A stretch of 64,000 bases of DNA from Myxococcota bacterium (lineage in GTDB: Bacteria > Myxococcota_A > UBA9160 > JAFDDA01): positions 416,001 through 480,000 of the forward strand of contig OZ245817.1 in NCBI GenBank assembly GCA_965228475.1. Reading direction: 5' to 3'. The notes beneath the pieces are model-generated. The model searched no databases. It had not been told where the DNA came from and saw only the letters and a list, made by a program, of their open reading frames with translations. Shown here piece after piece: positions 28,380 to 37,364 of the stretch (its first letter is position 1; each line of letters begins with the position of its first letter). A program made the position numbers and the translations under genes.

Positions 28380-29641
28380 CTCTTGCCAGGCTCGGTCTCG
28401 ATCCGCCTGGCCACGCCCACCGCAGAGGCCGCCGCGCTTTCGAGCAGGGGGACGCCCGGGCGGGAGTAGGAGCCGCAGAGCCACAGCCGACGGTCCGGTT
28501 CCGCGTGCAGCGCCTCGATCCGGCGGACGGCCTCGGCGCTGCCCCGGTCGACGACGGGGCGATCGAAGGTGGCCTCGGCGAGGACGGTCTCGTCGGCGGG
28601 CTCGCGCAGCGGGTTCCACGTCTGGAAGGTCGGCGGCAGGCCCGGCTGGATCGGCAGCACGCGGTCGAGCCAGATCGTGGCCATCGGGCGGTCGGCGGCT
28701 TCGTCGACGAGGAAGTTCACCGGCGCCCAGGCGCGGCGGTCGGCGGGCGCGAGGGCCGGATCGCGGTGGACCAGCACCCGGCTGCGCTCGTAGCGGAACG
28801 CGGCCAGCGCTTCGCGCTCGGCGAGGCTCGCGTCGTCGAGCATCGCGAGTGCGCGGTTGGCCTGGGTGGCGAGCACGACGTGGTCGAAGGTGTCGCGGCT
28901 GTCGTCGTCGGCGGCGACGGTGACGCCCCGTGGTGTGCGCTGGATGCCCTGGATCGCGACGCCGCAGCGCGTCTTGGCCACGCGGCTCGAGAGGCGCTCC
29001 ACGACGTGGGCGGCGCTTCGGTCCGTGCGGCGCACGCCGTCGAGCAGCACGCCTCGGGTCAGGTAGCCGACGATCACGTCGGCCGGGTATTCGCGCACGC
29101 TCTCGTAGCTGCAGGTGCCGATGCCCGCGAAGGCCGGCAGCAGGAAGAGATCGACGAAGGGGCGCGAGTAGCCCTTGCGCGCGAGGTAGGCGGCGATCGT
29201 CTCGCGCTCGAGGCCCCCGCGGCGAAGATCGGCCGAGGCGGTCGCATAGAAGCGGGCGAGGTCGCCGACGATGCGCCACGACGTCGCGCCGAGCAGCTCG
29301 CGGCCGAACACGTAGGGCAGGGAGCGCGAGCCGATCCGCCAGTTGCGATAGCGGAAGTAGGTGTCGCCGCCGAGGCGCCCGAACGAGGAGGCGTAGTCGA
29401 CCGGGCGCGTCTCGATCCCGGCGTCGCGATAGAGCGCGACGAGGCTCGGGTAGTAGGCCTCGTAGATGACGCGGAGCGGGACGTCGACCCGGCGCGCGTG
29501 GTCGCCTTCGCCGATCTCGATGCCGTGGGCCGCCATGCCGAGGGAGGGCAGCCGTTCGTAGACGGTGACTTCGTGCTCGCGCCCCAGGTGCCAGGCCGAG
29601 GCGAGCCCGCCGATGCCGGTCCCGATGATCGCGATACGCAT
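28358..29641 (-). CDS. FAD/NAD-binding oxidoreductase (amine-oxidase-like, COG2907-type)
   Basis: Motifs MRIAIIGTGIGGLASAWHL, FDHVVLATQA and WLCGSY..LLESAAASA. Confidence 0.82.
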   Translation of the reverse strand: MRIAIIGTGIGGLASAWHLGREHEVTVYERLPSLGMAAHGIEIGEGDHARRVDVPLRVIYEAYYPSLVALYRDAGIETRPVDYASSFGRLGGDTYFRYRNWRIGSRSLPYVFGRELLGATSWRIVGDLARFYATASADLRRGGLERETIAAYLARKGYSRPFVDLFLLPAFAGIGTCSYESVREYPADVIVGYLTRGVLLDGVRRTDRSAAHVVERLSSRVAKTRCGVAIQGIQRTPRGVTVAADDDSRDTFDHVVLATQANRALAMLDDASLAEREALAAFRYERSRVLVHRDPALAPADRRAWAPVNFLVDEAADRPMATIWLDRVLPIQPGLPPTFQTWNPLREPADETVLAEATFDRPVVDRGSAEAVRRIEALHAEPDRRLWLCGSYSRPGVPLLESAAASAVGVARRIETEPGKSYQERAS

Positions 29642-29719
29642 TCACACCGAGGCTGCCCGGCAGGCCCCTCCCTGTCAAACGACCTGTCGGGCCCGCGGCG
29701 GATCGGGTACCTCGGCGCG

Positions 29720-30502
29720 ATGGACGCACTCGCGGTCGCACGCCACCTCCAGCCCGACGGGGCGAGCACCTGGGCCAACCTCGGCTTCTGGGGCGAGGCG
29801 CAGGAGGAGACGTCCTACCCGCGTGCGGCACGGGCGCTCGCCGAGGCGCTCGGACGGGCGGCGAACCTCGAGGGCGCCGAGGCCGTGCTCGACGTCGGGG
29901 TCGGAGCCGGCGACCAGCTCTCGGTGTGGGGCGAGGCGTTCGGCGTCGCACACGTCACGGCGCTCGAGCCCGAAGCGCGAGTGCACGCGGCCGCCCGGGC
30001 GCGGCTCGCCGCGGAAGGGATCGAGGGCGTCACCCTGAAGCACGCCGGTGCCGACGACGTCGCCGCACTGCCCGCCGCCGCCTTCGACCGCGTACTGGCG
30101 CTCGACTGCGCCTACCACTTCCCCTCGCGCGATCGCTTCTTCGCCGACGCCCGCGCCCGCCTTCGGCCCGGCGGTTGGCTCGGCCTGACCGATCTGGTCG
30201 CCGGGCCGCGCGCCGGCTTCGCGGCGAGCGCCCTGCGCAGCGTCTTCGGTGTTCGCCAAAGGCTCGACGACGTCGAGGCGTACCGTGCAAGGCTCGAGGC
30301 GGCGGGCTTCGGGGAGATCGCGATCACGAACTGGACCGCGCCGGTTCTCGGCGGCTTCGCACGCTGGGTCGCCAGGCATCCGCGCGCCTGGGCACGCCCG
30401 ATGAAGTCCGCCCTGGCCGTTGGCGCCACAGCCCTCGCGGCGCGCACGCTCGGCGGGTGGGGCGTCGTCGACTACATCGGCGTGGCCGCTAGGACTCGCT
30501 AG
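29720..30502 (+). CDS. Class I SAM-dependent methyltransferase
   Basis: Motifs WANLGFW, VLDVGVGAGDQ, FDRVLALDCAYHF and LRPGG. Confidence 0.85.
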   Translation: MDALAVARHLQPDGASTWANLGFWGEAQEETSYPRAARALAEALGRAANLEGAEAVLDVGVGAGDQLSVWGEAFGVAHVTALEPEARVHAAARARLAAEGIEGVTLKHAGADDVAALPAAAFDRVLALDCAYHFPSRDRFFADARARLRPGGWLGLTDLVAGPRAGFAASALRSVFGVRQRLDDVEAYRARLEAAGFGEIAITNWTAPVLGGFARWVARHPRAWARPMKSALAVGATALAARTLGGWGVVDYIGVAARTR

Positions 30503-30615
30503 ACGCCCGTTCTCGGCGACACAACCCGCCTCGAGAAACCACTCAAAAGGTGCCGGGCCAGACCCTCGCGGTGTGGCCGGGCGCCAATCGTTGCCGCTGC
30601 TCTTGTCGAGGAATC

Positions 30616-31347
30616 ATGCCCCACGCCACCCTCTGGATCGCCCTGGCCCTCCTGCTGCTGGCCCCGCCCGTCGGCGCCGACACCATCGAAGCCACCGCGT
30701 CGACCAGCGGCTCGGCCACCTTCGTCTCCTACCTCTCCACGCCCGGCCCCGGCTTCTCCGTCCAGTTCGCCCCCTTGCCGGGCGTCATCAACGACGGCGT
30801 CGACACCACCGGCAGCGGAACGGGCAGCACCGGTGGGTTCGCGACCCACGACGCGGTCGACCCGAACGACGTGCAGCCGGGCGAGAGCATCTCCTGGGAG
30901 ACCTTCGCGATGGCATCGGCGGGCGCGGCCGTCGGAACGGCGGACGCCTTCTTCGACGTCGCGGGCGAGATCCTCTTCGTCAATTCCGACACGGCACCCG
31001 TCGACGTGCGGATCCGCTTCGACTACTCCGTGGCGGCCGACGCCACGGTCGATGGCCCGACGGCCTCGGGATTCACGTTCACCGACTTCCAGATCGTGAA
31101 CCCGGACGTGTCCGACTTCTTCGTCTTTGCGGAGTTCGGCGAGGCGTTCTCGGACAGCCTCGTGCTCGACCTCACCGTTCCCGCGGCGGATCAGAGCACG
31201 AACGGCGTGCTCGGCGTTCCCTTCTTCTCGGGTTCGACTCTGCAGCTGGCCGTCCCCGAGCCGCGGGCGCCGACGTTGCTCGCGATCGGGCTCGTCGGCC
31301 TGCTCGGCCCCGTGCGGCGACGGCTCGCCGCCATCATCGCGCGGTAG
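30616..31347 (+). CDS. PEP-CTERM sorting-domain surface protein
   Basis: GAGGA RBS and signal peptide. Tail AVPEPRAPTLLAIGLVGLLGPVRRR. Confidence 0.8.
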   Translation: MPHATLWIALALLLLAPPVGADTIEATASTSGSATFVSYLSTPGPGFSVQFAPLPGVINDGVDTTGSGTGSTGGFATHDAVDPNDVQPGESISWETFAMASAGAAVGTADAFFDVAGEILFVNSDTAPVDVRIRFDYSVAADATVDGPTASGFTFTDFQIVNPDVSDFFVFAEFGEAFSDSLVLDLTVPAADQSTNGVLGVPFFSGSTLQLAVPEPRAPTLLAIGLVGLLGPVRRRLAAIIAR

Positions 31348-31492
31348 ATCGGCCAGATCGGCGTCCGACCTCGGGTTGGCCCAGCCGAACGCGTGAGGGC
31401 GTCGCCTCCCTTCCGGCCTGCAGGCCAGAGCCTGCACCTTCGCTCCGGCCGCGTCGGATACAATCTGTGGTGTACGCGATGGGAGGTCCGCC

Positions 31493-31957
31493 ATGCGCGA
31501 GGACACCATGGACGAAGCGAAAATCGTGGACGAAGCGAACTCGGAGCAGCTCGAAGGCATCGACGGCTGGCTCATCTGGCCCGCGCTCTACCTGGTCGCC
31601 GTGCCCCTGTTCTGCCTGGGCGACCTGATCGATTCGCCGCTGCCGCGGCTCCGGCCCGAGGTGCTCGGCGGCAACGTCGCCCTCGTCGTGGCGTCCGTCG
31701 TAATGCTGGTGCTCTTCTACCAGAAGCGCAGCGTAGTGCCGGCCCTGATGGTCGGGTACTACGTGATGGTCGCGGCGGTGGCCGGGCTCGAGTACGCGGT
31801 GCTCGCGCTTCCGGCCGAGGACGTCGGCGCGGCCGTCGTCGCTGCCCACATCGACGAGGCACGCGGGGCGCTCGAATACACGGGCGCGACCGCCATCGTC
31901 TGGATCCCCTACTTCCTGGTCTCGAAGCGCGTCCGCAACACCTTCGTCGCAGGCTAG
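31493..31957 (+). CDS. DUF2569-like membrane protein
   Basis: Motifs GIDGWLIWPA and IVWIPYFLVSKRVRNTF. Confidence 0.75.
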   Translation: MREDTMDEAKIVDEANSEQLEGIDGWLIWPALYLVAVPLFCLGDLIDSPLPRLRPEVLGGNVALVVASVVMLVLFYQKRSVVPALMVGYYVMVAAVAGLEYAVLALPAEDVGAAVVAAHIDEARGALEYTGATAIVWIPYFLVSKRVRNTFVAG

Positions 31958-32014
31958 ATCGGCGGAGAGCGCGTAGCCGCCCTTGCCTGGTTTCCGATGC
32001 GGCTGCCCGCGGCT

Positions 32015-32785
32015 CTACCGGGGCGAGTCGCGGCGGGCGGCGAGGATCGCCGAAAGCAGCAGCCAGCCGAGTGCGGGCTCGGGCAGAACGAAGGCGCCAG
32101 AAAGACACCTCCTGGTCTCCGCCAGCGTCGTCGAAGGGCGACCGGGGTAATCCAGGATACGCCGTCCAGGCTGTAGCGCCCGACGGCAGTGTCCGCGGCG
32201 TGGTCGACCTCGACTTCGAGCCATAGGCCGAGCGCGAGGTCTCGCTCGGCGAGGTCCGTGGAGAAGACCCGTTCCGTCGTCGCGACTGAGCCAGCCTCTG
32301 GAACGACCACGACCTCGCCGGGAAGGTTCAGTTCGAGACGAAACGGTCTCAGCGGGTCGGGACGACGGAGCGGAGAGACCGACTGCCTCATCCCCAGGAT
32401 GAACGGGAGGTTGTTCCCCAGCCCTGCGACGAACGCTACCCCCGGGTCGATCGAGGGGGGCCGCAGTTGCCACGTCGCAACCGTACTCCCCGCGTCGTCA
32501 TCCGGGGCCCGCACGACCAGGACGCCCAACGCCCTTGGATCGTCGAGCACGAGAGCACCGATCGAAGGACCGACGCCGATCGGTAGGATCAACGCGGTCG
32601 GCCCGATCTCGCGTTCACCGTCCTCGAAATCGTTGGAGAACTCGTGCTGGTATACTGCGTCGCATGGACCTCGTCTCGCTCCCCGATGAAGTGAAGGATC
32701 TCGTCCGAGCCCAGCTCGACGCCGGCCACTTCCAGTCCCGGACGGACGTTTACGGCGAGCCGGTCATCGACGCAGGCTCCACCGC
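32015..32785 (-). pseudogene. Frameshifted, 5'-truncated PEP-CTERM gene remnant
   Basis: The coding-like (GC3-rich) frame switches at a TA duplication (about 32651-32654) and again at about 32100-32145. The final frame reads AFVLPEPALGWLLLSAILAARRDSPR*. No start or signal peptide was found. Confidence 0.55.
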
Positions 32786-35425
32786 CTCAAACTCGACGCG
32801 GGAGAGCACCTCGCGGCGCAGCCGTCCGGCAGCGAGCGCGGCGTCGACCTCGCGGAAGAGCGGCAGATGCGCACCGCGGATCCGCAGGCAGGGCGGCGCG
32901 CAGGTGTCGCCGGGCTCGGTGAACCACATGCCGAGGCGGTCCTGGATGGCGCTCGCGTAGTCGTGGTCCGCGAAGTCGGGAGGCGGGCCGGGCAGGGGTC
33001 TCGAGCCGAACGGCAGGCCGAGGCGCGCATCGAGCAGGTGGACTCGGCGCGCGCCGTGGACCGCGACGAGTCCCTGCGACGCCGAGACAGCGAGACCCGC
33101 GGGCACCGACTCGAACAGCCGATCGCGCGGCACTTCCCCGCTCGGCAGGTCCGTCTCCCAGAGCGGATTGCCCGACTCGATCTCGTAGGCCGCGACGCTG
33201 ACCTCGCGGATCTCCTCGCCGTCCTCGCCCGGTGTGTAGAGCACAGCGACGACGGTCGAGTCGTCCACATATCGAACCGTGAGGAAGCGGCGGCTCGCAG
33301 GCGCCGCGATCCTCGCGATCCGCTCGTAGCCCTTCGGCTGCGTTTGCCGTGCGAGGACGACGACGAGCTGGCTCGTGGCGAGCACGACCTTCTCGCCGTG
33401 TCGCGTGATGTCGCCGCCCACGATGAACTGGTCGGGCAGACCGTAGAGCGTCGCCTCTACGAGCTCGGTCGCGTCGCCGTCCGTGACGTAGAGCTCGACG
33501 CCCTCTCGTAGCGACCCCCCGTTGAGGATCAGGATTGCATCACCCGCGGCGGAGGGGAGCGGCAGGCTCCGGTTGCCGAAGAAGATCTCGTTGGTCTGCG
33601 CGGTGAAGTACGCGCATCGGATCGGAGACGAGGCGCCCGCGACGCAGGCGAACTCACTGCGGCCCGCGTTCCCCATGCTCTCGAGACTGTGGATCAGGCG
33701 GGTTCCGTCTCTTCGGACGAACGGCGCCTCCACGCTGAGCCAGCCGAGCTCCCTCGATTCGAGCAGGTCCAGATCGGGCGTGATCAACGCGGGCTCGTCC
33801 TGCTCGCCGCCGTCGGCCATCCCTCGACGCCAGAGCATCCACTCGAGTGCCCGCGCCAGGAAGCCCGCGTCGTCGCGCGCCAGCTCGTCGGGATCCATCG
33901 CTCCGAACAGACGCACGCCGAGTGGATCCGGCGTCGCTTCGTCGAAGCGGCGGGCAGCCGGCGGGGCCGCGGCCCGAGCCGGGAAGCCGAGCTCCCGAAC
34001 CGTCTCCGTGATCGAGCGAGGAACCAGGCGCGACGCGGCGGGCCACTCGATGCGCCACTCGTCGATGAAGTAGCCGTACAGCGACCAGTCGTCCTCGACG
34101 GACTCCCGGAGAGCCCCGAGGCCGACCGTCTCGTCCGCCCCGAGAGCCGCAGCCCCCTCCGACGTCAGGGGAACACTCCCGACGACCTCGTACGTGGAGC
34201 CGCCCGTCGGTCCCCCGTGCATCCCGACGAGAAGTGCGACGTCGCCATCCGCTGACGCGTAGAGGAACGGCTCCACGTTCACACTCGTATCGCTTCGATG
34301 GATGCGCCGATCGCCTTCCCAGACCGACAGCGTGCCGTCGCCCGAGATCAACAGGACGGAGCGGCCTTGGCCCGTCACCGCTTTGTGGACCGCAGCCCAC
34401 GGCTCAAGTCGCTGGATGCCGTCGCCGCGGCGCCGGAACGTCTCTCCGCGCCACACGAACGGCTCACCGTCTTGCATCGAGGCGAGGACGGAAGAGAGGG
34501 GCTGGAGGACGTCGCTTACCGCGACGGCACGGCGTGCATGGAGCCCGACGTCGAGCCAGCCTTCCGTCGCGCCAGCTCGCGCGCCCTGCTCCGCTGCGAG
34601 GTCCCACGCCGCGAGCATGCTCCGCGTGGCGGCGGGCGCGTCGCCCGCACGGTCCTGCGCGGCGGCCTGGGTGGCGGTGGCCGTGATCGTGCGCAGCGCG
34701 AGTTCGTCGGCCCGGTCCTGCGCCTCGCTGCGCTGGATGAGGAACAGGATGGCGAGCGCTCCGGTCACCAGCGCGATGCCGATCGCCGCGGTCGCGGTGC
34801 CTCGCTGGCGGCGGGTGTGGCGTGCCCGGCTCTCGGCGATGTACACGAGCTGGAGCTCGGTCGGGGGCGGGGCCGTCTCGGGGTGCGCGTCGCGCCAGCT
34901 CTCCGCTGCCCGGATCGCGTCTTGCGACGTGAGAAGCCGGCGCGGCGGCCGGCCCTCCGTTTCCCAGATGCTCGCCAGCTCCTGGATCCGCGTCTTCTCG
35001 CGCTCCCAGGCCAGGTCGGTCGAGAGCGCCTGGGTGAGCGCGGCGAGCCCGGACAACCACTCCGACTCGCCGCGCAGGTACAGGAAGTTCAGCCTCCGCA
35101 GCCGACCGGGTATGCGATTCAGCTCCGTGTCGCGGATCACCACGGGCAGCACGCTCTTGCCCTGCCCCTCGGCGGTGTCGACCTCCCAGCCGCAGATCTC
35201 CGATGCGACCGAGGTCGGGCTGATCAGAAAGACGATCTTCTCGGCCGTCGCGATCAGGGCGCCGAGTCGGTCCTGCCAGGGCTCACCCGGCTGGATGTCG
35301 TGGACGTCGAGGAAGGCGTCGAAGCCAGCGGCGGTCAGCTCTTCCCGCAGCCGCTCTGCAATCGGGAGGTCGCGGCGCGCATACGAGATGAAGACCCGGG
35401 CCCCGTTCGACTCGCCGCGCGCCAT
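32750..35425 (-). CDS. TIR-domain membrane protein (TIR - helical linker - TM - large beta-rich C-terminal region)
   Basis: TIR motifs VFISYARRD, FLDVHDIQPGEPW, VFLISPTSVASEICGWEV and VLPVVI. TM segment AAIGIALVTGALAILFLI. Confidence 0.85.
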   Translation of the reverse strand: MARGESNGARVFISYARRDLPIAERLREELTAAGFDAFLDVHDIQPGEPWQDRLGALIATAEKIVFLISPTSVASEICGWEVDTAEGQGKSVLPVVIRDTELNRIPGRLRRLNFLYLRGESEWLSGLAALTQALSTDLAWEREKTRIQELASIWETEGRPPRRLLTSQDAIRAAESWRDAHPETAPPPTELQLVYIAESRARHTRRQRGTATAAIGIALVTGALAILFLIQRSEAQDRADELALRTITATATQAAAQDRAGDAPAATRSMLAAWDLAAEQGARAGATEGWLDVGLHARRAVAVSDVLQPLSSVLASMQDGEPFVWRGETFRRRGDGIQRLEPWAAVHKAVTGQGRSVLLISGDGTLSVWEGDRRIHRSDTSVNVEPFLYASADGDVALLVGMHGGPTGGSTYEVVGSVPLTSEGAAALGADETVGLGALRESVEDDWSLYGYFIDEWRIEWPAASRLVPRSITETVRELGFPARAAAPPAARRFDEATPDPLGVRLFGAMDPDELARDDAGFLARALEWMLWRRGMADGGEQDEPALITPDLDLLESRELGWLSVEAPFVRRDGTRLIHSLESMGNAGRSEFACVAGASSPIRCAYFTAQTNEIFFGNRSLPLPSAAGDAILILNGGSLREGVELYVTDGDATELVEATLYGLPDQFIVGGDITRHGEKVVLATSQLVVVLARQTQPKGYERIARIAAPASRRFLTVRYVDDSTVVAVLYTPGEDGEEIREVSVAAYEIESGNPLWETDLPSGEVPRDRLFESVPAGLAVSASQGLVAVHGARRVHLLDARLGLPFGSRPLPGPPPDFADHDYASAIQDRLGMWFTEPGDTCAPPCLRIRGAHLPLFREVDAALAAGRLRREVLSRVEFEAVEPASMTGSP

Positions 35426-35542
35426 GATCGGCTCCCTTCGCCGCACCCGGCCGGGCCACAGCCGGCTCGACCGTGGCTCATTCTGCACTCGCCGCGACAA
35501 AGCCCGCAACCGCCGGCCGCCCGGGCGCTACTTCCCGGGGAG

Positions 35543-35660
35543 ATGCGCTGGTTCCCCCTGCTGCTGGCTGCATGGCTTGCCGCCGCCCCCGCCGCGGCCT
35601 CGACCATCGTTCCGCTGGCCTTCACGCGGACGCTCCAGGCCGGCTACGACGGCGATCGAG
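35543..35660 (+). pseudogene. Orphan N-terminal fragment of a secreted protein
   Basis: GGGGAG RBS followed by MRWFPLLLAAWLAAAPAAASTIVP. The frame loses coding character after about 40 codons. Confidence 0.35.
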
Positions 35661-35832
35661 CGCGTTCATCGGCTCGGATCGAAGCAAGATCGCGCCCGCG
35701 AGTTCACTCCCAGTCAGCGATGGGGGTTCACGCGGGCAGCCAGCAGGCACGCCCAGCGCCGAATGGAAACCGTGGAAGGCAAGGACAAAGAGACCGGAGG
35801 TCGCGCGGGCTTCGCTCGCCGCGCCGCGCACT

Positions 35833-36120
35833 TGGTGGGTGATGGCGCGCTCCAAGGTGAGCCCTCGCGACGGCGATGCCCAGAGGGCGCTGCGCCGCAG
35901 CTACATCACGGGAGCGCTCGCCCGCGGCCGCAACCCGAAGCTCGCCGCGGCCGAGCTCGGCCACGCCACGAGCCACATGGTGGTCAGCAACTACGACTCG
36001 CTCCTCGACCCGAGGACCTGGCCGGAGGCCGAGGAGATCGAGAAGCTGCGCGCGATCTCCGGCCGGAAGGCCGTCGAAGACCGCTCCACCGTGGCACCCC
36101 ATGGGCACCCGTCGGGTGTT
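35833..36120 (+). mobile_element. Tyrosine recombinase/integrase C-terminal remnant adjoining the tRNA-Arg 3' end
   Basis: ALRRSYITGALARGRNPKLAAAELGHATSHMVVSNY resembles the box II motif (LRH..LGH..Y). The N-terminal domains are absent. Confidence 0.65.
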
Positions 36121-36176
36121 AGTGACGATGTGTCCGCGGACGATCGTCCGGAGGTGAGCCGAACAATGAAGGATTC

Positions 36177-36253
36177 TGGCACGCCGGGAGGGATTCGAAC
36201 CCCCGACCCCCAGGTTCGAAGCCTGGTGCTCTATCCAGCTGAGCTACCGGCGC
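36177..36253 (-). tRNA. tRNA-Arg (anticodon TCG), CCA encoded
   Basis: GCGCCGGTAGCTCAGCTGGATAGAGCACCAGGCTTCGAACCTGGGGGTCGGGGGTTCGAATCCCTCCCGGCGTGCCA folds as a cloverleaf with anticodon loop CTTCGAA. Confidence 0.95.
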
Positions 36254-36389
36254 GTGCCGTGGAGAGGGATACCCCGAGACCTGGCCCGGCGCCACAGCAA
36301 GATGCGTCAGGTCAGGTCGGGATCCATGGGGGGTGCCGCGTGCAGGGCAGGCCTTCTGCCAGTAGGCCCCATGATAGGATGCCGGTGTT

Positions 36390-37364
36390 TTGGCCGAGTT
36401 CCTGCGCGTCTACCTCCTCTGCCTGGCGACCTTCGGTTTGTATGGGCTCTATTGGGTCTACCGCAACGCTCGAGACGTTGCGCGGCGAGACCCTTCCGAT
36501 GCGCTCGCGTGGGCGCTGGGCTTTCTCGCGGCGCCGATCGCATGCGCCATCCTCTTCGAGCTGCCCCGTGCCTCCCAGCGTCTAGAGAATCCGCGAGCGC
36601 GAGCCGGCTGGGCTTCCTGGGTGAGCGCCGGGCTCTACGGCGTGCTCTCGTCGCTCCTCCTCATCGGTCCTCTCTCGATGTTCTGGTCTCCGATCTGGCT
36701 GGTCCTGCCGATCCCTCTCGCGATCGTGGCGTGGCAGGTCGCGCGGAGTCCGCGGGTGGACCCAGGGCCGATGGACCGCTCCCGGCGCGGCGCCCGCATC
36801 GCCCAGGCCGCAGCCGTTCTGGTCGGCGTACCGATCGTCGCATGGGCTTCCTTCGAGATCGATGGCCCGAGCCTTCGCTACCTCCTGGCGTCCCAGCGCG
36901 TCGACGTGGTGGCTGGCTCCCATCTCCCGTACGAGTTCGAGGTCACCGACCGTTCGTGGCGGCGTGTCCCGCCCGGGACGATTGGCGACGAGACCGCCGA
37001 CCTGGAACTCATCACGAGCGATCGGCAAAGCTGGTTCGTGGTCTACACCCACGGGCCAAAGGCCGACATCGATTCAGTCGTGGACGTGCGGCGCTCGATG
37101 ATCGAAGCCGAGGGGCTCGAGTCGTTCGTGGAGCGCCGCTACATGGCTTCGGATGAAAGCCTGGTTCCCGTTTCCCTGGCGCAGTATCGGCTCGGAGCGA
37201 CCCAGCTCGTCGAGACCGAGTTTCTGGTCCTGACTGCGAAACTGGAGGGCGGGATCGTCGAGGCCGTGGGCTTCACGGCGGCTCCGTCGGTTCACTCCGG
37301 CGCACTCCAGAACGTGGCCGAGGGGTTCCGGATCCGCCCCGACGTCAACTGGGACGCGCCGTGA
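36390..37364 (+). CDS. Hypothetical membrane protein (DUF4234-like N-terminus plus extracytoplasmic domain)
   Basis: LCLATFGLYGLYWVYRN and about 5 TM segments. Start uncertain (TTG). Confidence 0.6.
   Translation: MAEFLRVYLLCLATFGLYGLYWVYRNARDVARRDPSDALAWALGFLAAPIACAILFELPRASQRLENPRARAGWASWVSAGLYGVLSSLLLIGPLSMFWSPIWLVLPIPLAIVAWQVARSPRVDPGPMDRSRRGARIAQAAAVLVGVPIVAWASFEIDGPSLRYLLASQRVDVVAGSHLPYEFEVTDRSWRRVPPGTIGDETADLELITSDRQSWFVVYTHGPKADIDSVVDVRRSMIEAEGLESFVERRYMASDESLVPVSLAQYRLGATQLVETEFLVLTAKLEGGIVEAVGFTAAPSVHSGALQNVAEGFRIRPDVNWDAP

Noticed and set aside
30503..30615. c-di-GMP riboswitch or sigma-54 promoter upstream of the PEP-CTERM gene
   Set aside because: The riboswitch core motifs are absent, and the GG...TTGC spacing is 11 rather than 10.
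30000..36176. Second att copy (duplicated tRNA-Arg 3' end) delimiting the island
   Set aside because: No copy of TGGCACGCCGGGAGGGATTCG was found by eye, so the island boundary is undefined.
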